Shown: positions 7,872 to 17,955, counted from the first letter of the stretch. The stretch is DNA of 24,000 nt from an uncultured Alphaproteobacteria bacterium (GCA_963844545.1 CAWJOX010000026.1:1040730-1064729); one strand, 5' to 3'. Made by a program: numbers and translations. Notes: a model not told the origin generated them from the letters alone.

Positions 7872-9036
7872 CTACCGCTGCCGCCAGACGAAGGCGGCGC
7901 TGACCACGAAATTCCAGACGGTCCCGATCACGGCTCCGCCGAGGCCCGCGATCCACCACACGCGGTCGTAGTCGTAGATCCAGGTGGCGATGCCGACGTT
8001 GGATATCGCGCCGATGGCGCAAATCACCTGGAACCAAATGAGTCCGGTGACGAAGCGCCAGCCGGTGAGCCGCTGATCGCGGTAAGTGAACAGATTGTTG
8101 AGGACGAAATTCCAGGCGATGGCGCCGACAGTGGCAAGCGCCTGCGCCGCACCGAATGACAGCGCGGCGGCGAGAAAAGCTGCTCAACAGGATCAGGTGC
8201 ACCGCAATGCCGGTCAGCCCGACGAGGCAGAATAAGATGAAGCGTGCAGAGATGGCATCTTTGGTCAGCTTCGCCGTCACCAGCGCCGCGAAATCGAGCG
8301 CGATCTTCGAGTCGAGTTTGCTCTCACCGTGCTGACGCTCGCGAAACGTGGACGGCAGCTCGACGGTACGCAGGCGGCCACGGCCGGTCGCCAGAATGTC
8401 GAGCAGGATCTTGAAACCCTGCGAAGAGAGCTCAGGGGCGAGCGTTTCGAACACATCGCGCCGGATCATGAAATGGCCGCTCATCGGATCGGTGAGATCG
8501 ATCCCGAGCAGAAGCCGCACCAGCGTGTTGGACCAGCGGCTGACCCGTGAGCGCTGCTTCGAGAGGCCCGCGGCGGAGCCGCCGTAGAGATAACGGCTGG
8601 CGACGGCGAGATCGGCGCGGCCGTTGCGCAGACAATCGAGCATGCCGACGAGGAGGCTTTCGTCGTGCTGCAGGTCGGCATCCATGACGGCGACGTAGCG
8701 GGCCTGGCTTGAGAGCATGCCTTCGAGGCAGGCGCCGGCGAGGCCGCGGCGGCCGATGCGGCGGATACAGCGCACCCGGCTATCGGTTTCGCCAATGGCG
8801 CGCGCGGCCGCCGCGGTGCCGTCGGGAGAATTGTCGTCGACGAATACGACTTCCCAGTCGCAAGAGACGAGAAGGCGCGCGAGTCGCTCGACCAGGATCG
8901 GGATATTGGCCCGCTCATTGAAACTCGGCACGACGATGCTGAGTTCAGGGGCTGGGCGCACCACCACAGTCGTTTCTGCTCGCGCCGTGGTCGCTGCGCT
9001 TCCCGCTGGAATGTCGCTTGCCGCCGATTGAGACAA
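7872..9036 (-). pseudogene. GT2 glycosyltransferase (polyprenyl-phosphate sugar synthase, Dpm1/ArnC-like) fused to a C-terminal GtrA-like membrane domain; frame broken once near 8179-8190
   Basis: N-terminus: [14 protein letters not shown]...[12 protein letters not shown]...[11 protein letters not shown]...[12 protein letters not shown] (GT2 DxD and catalytic signatures). After ...[12 protein letters not shown] the frame degenerates. The adjacent frame reads [72 protein letters not shown]...[17 protein letters not shown], which is GtrA-like, with its stop at 7872-7874. The span is 1165 nt (3n+1). Start at TTG 9036 or an internal GTG is uncertain. Confidence 0.8.
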
Positions 9037-9168
9037 TTCCGCTGGCCTCCAATTTCCGCGCCTTTATTGCTCTATCCGCGGGCCCACGCTAGTAGCTTTT
9101 GCACGTTGCGGAGGCATGGTTCCGCCCTTCTTAGATCGGCCGACATCGGCTGCTCGTCGAGAGTGATT

Positions 9169-10732
9169 ATGTCGACCGTCGGACGTGATCACACCGGCCG
9201 GACACCTTCGGGGTTCGCCGGTTTCGTCGACCGGCTCAGCCAACCGGGCCGTCGTTTTATCGTAGAACATACCGAAGGCACGATCGTGCTTTCGGCGCTT
9301 GTTGCATTCGTTGTGCTGTGGATGGTCTTCGACGTCGTCTCTTTGGCGTCGGTGGACTTGCATCCCGATTGGAGCGAAGCCGCGCTTTGGGCGCACCACT
9401 TCGCCTTCGGCTACAAGCATCCGCCGATGACGGCCTGGCTGTTCATGCTGTGGTTTGCGGTGTTTCCGCGCCAGGACTGGGCAGCGGATCTTTTGAATGT
9501 GCTGGTCGTTGCGATGGGTCTCGGCGTCACTTGGCGTTTGTTGCGCGATCATCTCGACAAGAATCGCGCGCTGTTAGGGCTCGTCGCGCTGGTTCTGATT
9601 CCGCTCTACGACATCAAGACCGCGATCCTGAACGCCAACACCGTCATGATTCCGTTCTGGGCGGCGGCGCTGTTGTTTTACCTGCGGGCTCGGCGCGGCC
9701 TGGGCATCCTCGATGCTTTCCTCGCCGGAGCATTCGCCAGCCTCACGGTTTTCGGCAAATACTGGGCGCTGTTTCTGGTTGCCGGCATGGTGGTTGCCTC
9801 AGTTGTCGGCCCGGGGACGCGACGCTTCTGGCGCTCGCCTGCGCCCTACGTCATGGCGCTGGGGGCTGCAATCGTCATTGCGCCTCACGTCTGGTGGTTC
9901 GTGAGCGAGCGCGGCGGCACCAGTTACGCGTTCATGCGCGACACCGTCGTCGTCAGCCAGTCATTCGGGGCGGCGCTGCTGCGCTCGGTACGCTACCTTA
10001 TCAACTCCGTCGCCTACGCCATCGTGCCGATTGTTTTTCTCGCCGCGCTTCGGCCAAGCAGGGCGGCGCTCGCTGAAATGATCTGGCCGCGCGACGACGA
10101 CCGCCGGCAGGCATTGTTGTTGTTCTTGGTTCCGCTTGCTGTTGCCGGCGTTGGTCAATCTGGCCATTCCGTATCGGTTGACCGCGGATTGGACCTATCC
10201 GAACTGGGCTCTGCTGCCAGTCGTCCTCTACGCCTCGCGCGACATAATAGTCGATGAGCGCACGGTGGCGCGCGGCCGGCCTCGTTGCGCTGGCGGTGAC
10301 CGTGGCCGCTATTGTTGTGTCGCCGGTGGTCGCTTACGCCAGGCTGACGCGGGCCGATGACCAATATCGAGCCCATTTCCGCGAAGTTGCACGGCTCGCG
10401 GATCGCCTCGCGGGCCAGCCCGTGCGTCTATTCTGGGGCTCCCCGAAAATCACTGCGGGGCTGCCGTTCTATTTGCCAGAGGCCAGTCCTTTGATGGTCG
10501 GCCCATTGTCGGCGGAAGGCCGCGCAGCAATCGGCGCTCACGGACTTGTCGTGGTTTGCCTCAGCACCGATGCGCCGTGCCGAAGGGTCGGTGCGGAATT
10601 TGCGGCCGCCGGCGCGCACGCGGCAAACGCCAGGTTTACGCGCAGCTTCCTGGGCGTCTCGGGCGAGCCGATGAATTTTGAAATCACCGTGGTGCCGCCG
10701 GCTCCGACGCCGGCGCGCACCACGAAGCAATC

Positions 10733-10739
<7 letters not shown>
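9169..10739 (+). pseudogene. GT39/ArnT-like (PMT_2 family) membrane glycosyltransferase with a C-terminal periplasmic domain; frame broken twice (about 10120-10140 and 10251-10262)
   Basis: Polytopic protein from ATG 9169 (MSTVGRDH...). Contains ...HPDWSEAALWAHHFAFGYKHPPMTAW...GKYWALFL..., typical of ArnT/PMT-like GT-C enzymes. The hydrophobic sense passes from frame 1 (..ALLLFLVPL) to frame 2 (LLPALVNLAIPYRLTADWTYPNWALLPVVLYASRDIIVD) to frame 3 (SARWRAAGLVALAVTVAAIVVSPVVAY... to the stop at 10739). The span is 1571 nt (3n+2), consistent with two 1-nt insertions. Confidence 0.75.
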
Positions 10740-12177
<1,438 letters not shown>

Positions 12178-12250
12178 CTAGTAATTCCAAGGCGTTCCGG
12201 GAAATGGCCGCTGGGCTGATGCTACAGCCGGCTCCAGCGCGCGGCACTAA

Positions 12251-12274
12251 AGACATAAAGATACCTTTATGTCT
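12251..12274. promoter_or_regulatory. Perfect 10-bp inverted repeat AGACATAAAG-atac-CTTTATGTCT
   Basis: Verified by hand. It lies 95-118 nt upstream of the ahcY start, at the left edge of the A/T-richer segment. Could be an operator, a bidirectional terminator remnant or an insertion boundary. Confidence 0.35.
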
Positions 12275-12321
12275 ATCCTCAACGGAATTCGCCGATAACG
12301 TCTACGGACAGCATTGGCATC

Positions 12322-12510
12322 GTGTCCGATGTAGTGAAAGAAACTCTCTCCGAAAGCATCAGCGCAGCTAGCGACACGGCAATTATTTTTGCTTGTGACC
12401 GCTCCCAATATACCCAAGACGGGACATTGCAGAACAACTGCGTCTTTTCGATGCAATGTTTCAGAGACAGTAGCGGCCTGCCCCCGAATGGGGATAAGTC
12501 CGTTTCGTGA
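12322..12510 (+). CDS. Candidate small ORF (62 aa, Ser/Thr/Cys-rich), translationally coupled to the downstream membrane protein
   Basis: MSDVVKETLSESISAASDTAIIFACDRSQYTQDGTLQNNCVFSMQCFRDSSGLPPNGDKSVS. Its TGA stop overlaps the GTG start of the next gene (GTGA at 12507-12510). Third-position G+C is about 58% by hand count, against about 45-50% for the local bulk sequence. No convincing SD and no recognisable family. An overlapping antisense ORF (12279..12521) also exists. Confidence 0.25.
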   Translation: MSDVVKETLSESISAASDTAIIFACDRSQYTQDGTLQNNCVFSMQCFRDSSGLPPNGDKSVS

Positions 12511-13637
12511 AGCTCCGACACAAATCCCCGAACGAACCGTGGCGGTGGATGCTTGCGATCGATTTCATCATCGCGATCTGCGGAGTTCTTTACACCATTT
12601 TTGTCGATTCGCCGCGTTTAGCATCCTACATGCAGCTGCTGGTGACGTATCATTTCGGCTTTACCAGGCGCGCTCTCGTCGGGACGATCGTCTCCGGGTT
12701 CACGGACGTTGTTCCGTTCTGGTATCTCCACGCCATTGCCGTCGCCGCCTGGATTGCCACACTGATATTGTTCGTTGCGGCTTTCCGGAAAATCTATGGG
12801 TTTAATCGGAAGAATTTTGCGCTGTTTGTTTTCGTGTTCGGCTCGCCTTTCTTCCTCAAGAATTTCGCGATCTCACTTGGGCACTTTGACATATTCGGCT
12901 GCCTTTGGGCGCTTGTCGCTCTGCTGATCCCGGTCGGCGGGTTTTATCCGCTGATCGTCACGGCCGGCTGCATCGGCTTGATCCTGATACACAATCTCCA
13001 TTTTCTTTTGTATGTGACAACGATCGGCTTCATCGTGTTCGTGCGCTACGGGGTGTTGAATGGTCTTTCGACCGGCAAGGTCATTTATGGCCTAGTTCTC
13101 ATTTCTCTGGTTTCGGGCGTCTTCATCGTAACCGCTTTTTTCGGCAGCATGCCTGTTCCGCGGGAAACGTTTTTTGCTTACGTGAGCGCCCGCGCGTCGG
13201 TTCAGCTCGATCCGCAAAACGCCTGGATGTGGTACTCGACCATCTCTCAGGAGATTCAATCCACCCGGGATCACGCCTATATCACGATGATCCGGCTGCC
13301 GGTCTATGTCGTGTTGATCGCCCTGCATTGGCCGATTGCGCGTTACATCAAAACCATGATCGTCGCATTGCCGACGCCGTTTTTGCGGACTGTTTCAGTC
13401 GCGTGGTTGGCCGGCATATCGCTGGGCTACGTTGCGATCTTCGTGGTCGCGTATGACTATTCGCGGTGGGTCTCAAGCTGGGGCGTCTGTATGTTTTTGA
13501 TGATGCACGCGCTTCGGCTGCTGCCGTCGAGCGCGAAGGGCGAGGACCCGCCGATACGCCCCGACGACACCGGAAACCTGGTGCTGGGCTGGATCGTTAC
13601 AGTGATACCGCGGGTGGGAGTGACAATCCCATTTTAA
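12507..13637 (+). CDS. Polytopic inner-membrane protein (roughly 9-10 predicted TM segments), no family recognised
   Basis: 376-aa ORF with repeated 18-25 residue hydrophobic stretches (LAIDFIIAICGVLYTIFV, LHAIAVAAWIATLILFVAAF, FALFVFVFGSPFFL, LWALVALLIPVGGFYPLIVTAGCIGLILI, FLLYVTTIGFIVFV, VIYGLVLISLVSGVFIVTAFF, LPVYVVLIALHW, VAWLAGISLGYVAIFVVAY, WGVCMFLMMHAL). Clear codon periodicity, but much lower G+C than neighbours. Start is GTG 12507, or ATG 12549. Confidence 0.8.
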   Translation: MKLRHKSPNEPWRWMLAIDFIIAICGVLYTIFVDSPRLASYMQLLVTYHFGFTRRALVGTIVSGFTDVVPFWYLHAIAVAAWIATLILFVAAFRKIYGFNRKNFALFVFVFGSPFFLKNFAISLGHFDIFGCLWALVALLIPVGGFYPLIVTAGCIGLILIHNLHFLLYVTTIGFIVFVRYGVLNGLSTGKVIYGLVLISLVSGVFIVTAFFGSMPVPRETFFAYVSARASVQLDPQNAWMWYSTISQEIQSTRDHAYITMIRLPVYVVLIALHWPIARYIKTMIVALPTPFLRTVSVAWLAGISLGYVAIFVVAYDYSRWVSSWGVCMFLMMHALRLLPSSAKGEDPPIRPDDTGNLVLGWIVTVIPRVGVTIPF

Positions 13638-13665
13638 TCGACAAGGCGCAAACACGAAAGCCGAC

Positions 13666-14289
13666 ATGCAAGAGGTCATCAAATCGCTCCGCGAGCTCGC
13701 CGTGGCCGAGCAAGGATGCACGCGATGTCCACTTTATCGCGACGCCACCCAGGTTGTTCCCGGTGAGGGTCCAAGCCATGCCGCGCTCATGCTGGTCGGC
13801 GAGCAGCCCGGTGACAAAGAGGATCTCGCCGGCAAGCCGTTTGTCGGTCCCTCCGGCCGAGTTCTCGACCAAGCACTGAGAGATGCCGGAATAGACCGCG
13901 ACCAAGCGTTTGTCACCGGTGCGGTCAAGCACTTCAAACACGAAATGCGGGGCAAGCGCCGCCTGCACAAACGTCCTAACAATTACGAGATCGAACGCTG
14001 CAAATTCTGGCTTGATTTCGAGCGGCGTCTGGTCAAGCCGTCCATGATCGTTGCGCTGGGTGTGACAGCGGCGCGAAGTCTGATCGGGCGCACGGTGACG
14101 ATCGCCAAGGTACGTGGCAAGCTGATGGAACTTAACGACGGGACAAACCTGATTGTCACCGCGCATCCATCCGCGCTGCTGCGCATCAAGGACGAGGGCG
14201 AACGGCACAAAGCCTATCGAATGTTTGTCGCCGACCTCAAAGCCGCCGCAGGAAGTACTCGTGGGTCGGTGCGCGGCGAGGCGGGCTAG
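13666..14289 (+). CDS. udgX: UdgX-type uracil-DNA glycosylase superfamily protein (family 4-like)
   Basis: 207 aa: CTRCPLYRDATQVVPGEG...LMLVGEQPGDKEDLAGKPFVGPSGRVLDQAL...FVTGAVKHFKHEMRGKRRLHKRP...ERCKFWL...ALGVTAA...VTAHPSALLR. GEQPG (nt 13798-13812) and KRRLH (nt 13954-13968) correspond to the GEQPG motif A and KRRIH loop that define mycobacterial UdgX. This is from my recollection of that sequence; no alignment was run. Confidence 0.85.
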   Translation: MQEVIKSLRELAVAEQGCTRCPLYRDATQVVPGEGPSHAALMLVGEQPGDKEDLAGKPFVGPSGRVLDQALRDAGIDRDQAFVTGAVKHFKHEMRGKRRLHKRPNNYEIERCKFWLDFERRLVKPSMIVALGVTAARSLIGRTVTIAKVRGKLMELNDGTNLIVTAHPSALLRIKDEGERHKAYRMFVADLKAAAGSTRGSVRGEAG

Positions 14290-14292
14290 CGA

Positions 14293-14643
14293 TTAGTCCT
14301 TCGGTGGCGTCTCCCCCGCGCGCGGTGCGGATCGTGCCACCCCGGCCTGCGTGAGCGCCGCGCCGATCTGTTGCATGCGGTTGATCAGATCGGCCGCAGC
14401 GGCCGGCGGCAACACCAGACGGCAGGCCGGATAACGGCGGCCCGTAATCGGCATATTGGGCTTGACCTCATCGATACGCGTCACGGCGAATTCGATCCGC
14501 AGCGATTGGCCGTCAAAGATAAGACCGCTGACCGAGTCAGCAAAGGTCTCCGGAATATCTGGGCGATCGACGTACCGGATGGTTGCGGGCTGCCGTTGCG
14601 CTGCTGACGCCGGCGCGCCTGGACTGGTCTGTTCGTCTGCCAT
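14293..14643 (-). CDS. Conserved-looking hypothetical protein (116 aa) directly downstream of ptsH
   Basis: ATG at 14641-14643 is preceded by GAGGGGA (SD) 7-8 nt upstream. High G+C coding bias. Sequence: MADEQTS...IRYVDRPDIPETFADSVSGLIFDGQSLRIEFAVTRIDEV...RLVLPPAAAADLINRMQQIGAALTQAG. Vague resemblance to DUF3467-type proteins, not established. Confidence 0.6.
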   Translation of the reverse strand: MADEQTSPGAPASAAQRQPATIRYVDRPDIPETFADSVSGLIFDGQSLRIEFAVTRIDEVKPNMPITGRRYPACRLVLPPAAAADLINRMQQIGAALTQAGVARSAPRAGETPPKD

Positions 14644-14680
14644 CAGTTTTCCCCTCGGGCGTGTCCTTGAGTGATCCGGG

Positions 14681-15013
14681 TCAATCGTCTTCGCCAAAAC
14701 GCGTCTCGATGAGACTCGTCAATGCATCGACGACTTCTGCCGCTTGTCGGCCGGTTGCTTCCACAGTGATCGAAGTTCCTGGGGACGCCGCCAGCATCAT
14801 CAGCCCCATGATCGAAGTGCCGCCGACGATTTCACCGCCGCGCATGACGCGGACGTCGGCGTCGAATTTTTCCACCGTTTGCACGAACTTGGCCGACGCT
14901 CGCGCATGCAGCCCCTTGCGATTGCAGATGCAAAGTTTGCGAATTATCGCGCCATCGCGAAACGTCTGCTCATTGAGCAAGTTCTCGTCACCGCGGTGAG
15001 CGGGTGTGCTCAT
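14681..15013 (-). CDS. ptsH: HPr-family phosphocarrier protein (HPr/NPr of the incomplete alphaproteobacterial PTS)
   Basis: 110 aa from ATG 15011-15013. Contains NRKGLHARASAKFV (active-site His) and VGGTSIMGLMMLAA (regulatory Ser region), and ends FGEDD. The start overlaps the manX stop (ATGA). Confidence 0.9.
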   Translation of the reverse strand: MSTPAHRGDENLLNEQTFRDGAIIRKLCICNRKGLHARASAKFVQTVEKFDADVRVMRGGEIVGGTSIMGLMMLAASPGTSITVEATGRQAAEVVDALTSLIETRFGEDD

Positions 15014-15411
15014 TTTCCACTCAGAACCCGGCTGGCGATGGTCACATATTTTCGTCCCGCGTCCTGGGCGGCGGCGACCGCCTCGGCGAGCGGACACTCA
15101 TCGCGAACCTTGGCGAGTTTGACCAGCATTGGAAGATTGATGCCTGCGAGCACTTCGACTTTCGGCCGGCTCATGACCGAGATAGCGAGGTTCGACGGCG
15201 TGCCGCCGAACATGTCGGTCAGAATGGCGACGCCATCGCCGCTGTCGACGCGCTTGACCGCTTCGATGATGTCCTTGCGACGCTCTTCAACGTCGTCGTC
15301 GGGTCCGATGGTGACTGCTTCAATCTGGTCCTGTGGGCCTACCACGTGTTCCAAGGCCGCGCGGAACTCGACAGCCAACCGCCCGTGGGTGACAAGCACA
15401 AGACCAATCAT
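15010..15411 (-). CDS. manX: PTS EIIA component, mannose/fructose family
   Basis: 133 aa from ATG 15409-15411: MIGLVLVTHGRLAVEF (phospho-His), ...ILTDMFGGTPSN... . The longer 170-aa ORF start (15522) adds a non-conserved leader. Confidence 0.85.
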   Translation of the reverse strand: MIGLVLVTHGRLAVEFRAALEHVVGPQDQIEAVTIGPDDDVEERRKDIIEAVKRVDSGDGVAILTDMFGGTPSNLAISVMSRPKVEVLAGINLPMLVKLAKVRDECPLAEAVAAAQDAGRKYVTIASRVLSGK

Positions 15412-15655
15412 GGAACACCCCGCGGGCGCGTCCCGGTTGCACCGCACGAAAGGGTGCTCATCTTGACCATCCGAAGCCCAAGCGCAAGAGGCATTTTTGG
15501 CGGAATTTGGCGGTTGCTGCATTGCGGTAGCGCAAAGTCGAATTCAGATTAATGGCGCCGCCAATGACCCGCTTCGGCACGGTCCGCCGCGGAAAGCGCC
15601 CACCGAGTTTAACGGTGTTAGGGTTAACCAATCCCCAATAAAGCCGATATCGCCA

Positions 15656-16117
15656 CTAACTCCAATTATTTGCAGTTGAATTGAGGAGCGCCAGCACGCT
15701 GGGCCGGGCCGCTAAATCCTTTGCAACGGGCAGTCGTGGTACAAAGACACCGTTAATTTCAATACGTCGCTGATCGGCAGTCGGCAATCGTCGGCCGTCC
15801 GGCGCATCGAGGTCGACCACCAGTCCGACAACGGCACGCGGCTCGTGCACTAGGCGCAGAAGCCCGACGCCGCGCACCTCGATCAGGCCGGCAAGCGCCT
15901 CGGGGGCGCGAGCCAGCAAGCGTCCGCCGATGGCTGCGAGATGGACGCGATCGTCGGCGACCAACCTCGCAAAGCGCAAAGTGCCGGTGCGTGCTGCCTC
16001 GAGAAGTTCGAGTGCAAGCCGTGATTTTCCGGATGCTGAAGGTCCGCGGATCAGTACGGCTCGCGCACCAACCAGCACGGCCGAGGCGTGCACAGTCGCT
16101 AAATCAGCCGCCATCAC
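15656..16117 (-). CDS. hprK: HPr kinase/phosphorylase, short alphaproteobacterial form lacking the N-terminal domain
   Basis: 153 aa with P-loop GPSASGKS and LIEVRGVG. The start overlaps the chvG stop (ATGA at 16114-16117). Confidence 0.85.
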   Translation of the reverse strand: MMAADLATVHASAVLVGARAVLIRGPSASGKSRLALELLEAARTGTLRFARLVADDRVHLAAIGGRLLARAPEALAGLIEVRGVGLLRLVHEPRAVVGLVVDLDAPDGRRLPTADQRRIEINGVFVPRLPVAKDLAARPSVLALLNSTANNWS

Positions 16118-17955
16118 ATCGCCGGCAGGCGCACGATAAAGCGCGCACCGGCAATCGTCGGAGTGCCGTCTGCGTCTGGCGCGCCGGTTCTGTTCTCTGC
16201 CCAGATGGCGCCGCCGTGCGCGTCCACGATCTGCTTGGAGATCGAAAGCCCGAGTCCCGAGTTTTGGCCAAAGCCGTGTTGCGGGCGATCGGTATAAAAG
16301 CGTTCAAACACTTTTTCGAAAGCGTCGGGCGGCACCCCGGGACCGTCATCATCGACATAGATTTCAATATTGCTCTTCAGCCGCCGGCAGGTGACGCGCA
16401 CCGTGCCTCCCGCCGGCGAGAAAGAGCGCGCATTCTCGATCAGATTGTCGACGACCTGGCCGAGGCGGGAATCGCGTCCGGGCACCTGGAATGCACGCAC
16501 ACCGCCGCCTTCGAAACGCAGTGTGACGCGCACACCGTCGTCGCGCTTCACTTCGTTGGCGACCGCAACAACGGTATTGAGGAGCTTTGCAATGTCAACC
16601 GGCGCGGCTTCCTGGCGTTGCAGTTCGGCGTCGAGGCGGCTGGCGTCGGAAATGTCGGAGATCAGCCGATCGAGCCGTTTGACATCGTGCTGAATGATGG
16701 CGAGCAGGCGCCCGCGGCTCTCGTCGGTTTTAGCAACCGGCAATGTCTCGACTGCTGAACGCAGCGACGTCAGTGGATTTTTCAGTTCGTGCGCGACATC
16801 GGCGGCAAAGCTTTCGATCGCCTCGATTCGGCTATAGAGCGCGTTCGTCATGTCGCGCAGCGTGCCGGAGAGATGTCCGATCTCATCGCGCCGCCGTGTG
16901 AAATCCGGAATCTCAACCCGCGACCGGATGCGGCGGCGCACGCTCTCCGCCGCGTCGGCCAGCCGTCGGACCGGCTCGGCAATGGTGCCGGCCAACAGGA
17001 TCGAGAGCACAACCATGACGCTGGCGGCGACAATGAAGACCTTGAGAATGGCAAGCCTCTCGGCCTCCACCATGTCGTCGATGTCAGCTCCTTGCGTCGA
17101 CAGCATCAGCGCGCCGCGCACGGCGCGGAAGCGCTGCACCGGAACCGCGACCGACACGATGACGTCGCCGCGGTCGTTGATGCGCACCATGCTGGCATTC
17201 TGACCGCTTAAGGCCTGCGCAACCTCGGGATAGCCGCGGCCATTATCGGCGCGGAGTTCCCGATAGAGCGGTAGATCACCCCGTCCGAGCCACATGCGCG
17301 CTGCGATAAAGGCGCGCTCGAAGAAACTCGGTTTCTCGGCGTTCGGCGGCGGCAAGTCGAAGCGCAACACATCGCCTCGTCCAAACAAATTGCGGCTGTC
17401 GACCAGAAGTACGCCGTCGCGATCATAGATGCGCGCGCGGGTTTTTGTCGGCGACACAAGACGGCGCAAGACCGGCGCCACGCGCTCCGGATTGATCGGA
17501 AAATTGATCCCGTAGAGCGCGTCTTCGGATGGACCGTAGCTCTCGCCGGGATGGAGCTCGAGCAGTTTGTCCGGATCGATCGTGATCGATGAATCGGTTT
17601 CGACCGTTGCCGAGGCTGCAATCGCGCCGGCAATGATTTGCCCCTGTACCAGGAGACTCTGCACCCGCGCGTCGATCAGGCCGGCGCGGAACTGAGAAAG
17701 AAATGTGATGCCGATGGAGAGAGCCAGCAGTCCGGCGACGTTCAGAAAAACGATGCGGCGGGTGAGGCTCGAAAAGCTCTGGTTGACGAAGAATTGCCAC
17801 GCCCGCTGCAGCCAATTGGCAACTCTGGCGAGGCCGCGCGGTCGGGCAGGCGCCGAAGCCTCATCGAGACCATCGGCCTCGATTTGGCCTTCGACCGGAG
17901 TCGATGGCGGGGCCTTCCTTTCGGCCCCTGCGAGTTCTGCGGTTCGATCGAGCAC
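16114..17955 (-). CDS. chvG: Sensor histidine kinase of the ChvG/ExoS/BvrS family
   Basis: 613 aa with an N-terminal TM segment, a large periplasmic domain, a second TM/HAMP region, H-box FAADVAHELKNPLTSL, and N/G boxes (NLIENARSF, DDGPGV, GLGLSI). Its position between chvI and hprK is diagnostic of the family. GTG start. Confidence 0.9.
   Translation of the reverse strand: MLDRTAELAGAERKAPPSTPVEGQIEADGLDEASAPARPRGLARVANWLQRAWQFFVNQSFSSLTRRIVFLNVAGLLALSIGITFLSQFRAGLIDARVQSLLVQGQIIAGAIAASATVETDSSITIDPDKLLELHPGESYGPSEDALYGINFPINPERVAPVLRRLVSPTKTRARIYDRDGVLLVDSRNLFGRGDVLRFDLPPPNAEKPSFFERAFIAARMWLGRGDLPLYRELRADNGRGYPEVAQALSGQNASMVRINDRGDVIVSVAVPVQRFRAVRGALMLSTQGADIDDMVEAERLAILKVFIVAASVMVVLSILLAGTIAEPVRRLADAAESVRRRIRSRVEIPDFTRRRDEIGHLSGTLRDMTNALYSRIEAIESFAADVAHELKNPLTSLRSAVETLPVAKTDESRGRLLAIIQHDVKRLDRLISDISDASRLDAELQRQEAAPVDIAKLLNTVVAVANEVKRDDGVRVTLRFEGGGVRAFQVPGRDSRLGQVVDNLIENARSFSPAGGTVRVTCRRLKSNIEIYVDDDGPGVPPDAFEKVFERFYTDRPQHGFGQNSGLGLSISKQIVDAHGGAIWAENRTGAPDADGTPTIAGARFIVRLPAM

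Noticed and set aside
5881-9036. 1051-aa ORF that looks like a giant glycosyltransferase-LepA fusion protein
   Set aside because: It is a concatenation of the GT2 N-terminus, an out-of-frame Arg-rich stretch through the frameshifted GtrA domain, a translation of the REP hairpins (..SPLPQGRGW..), and then lepA. LepA has its own conserved N-terminus ([15 protein letters not shown] 7684-7686), and the GtrA domain ends at a TAG (7872-7874) in another frame.
15496-15522. Sigma-54 type promoter (TGGC...TTGC) in the hprK-manX spacer
   Set aside because: The GG-N10-GC spacing is not satisfied for either TGGC copy, and the motif is on the + strand, pointing away from any gene.
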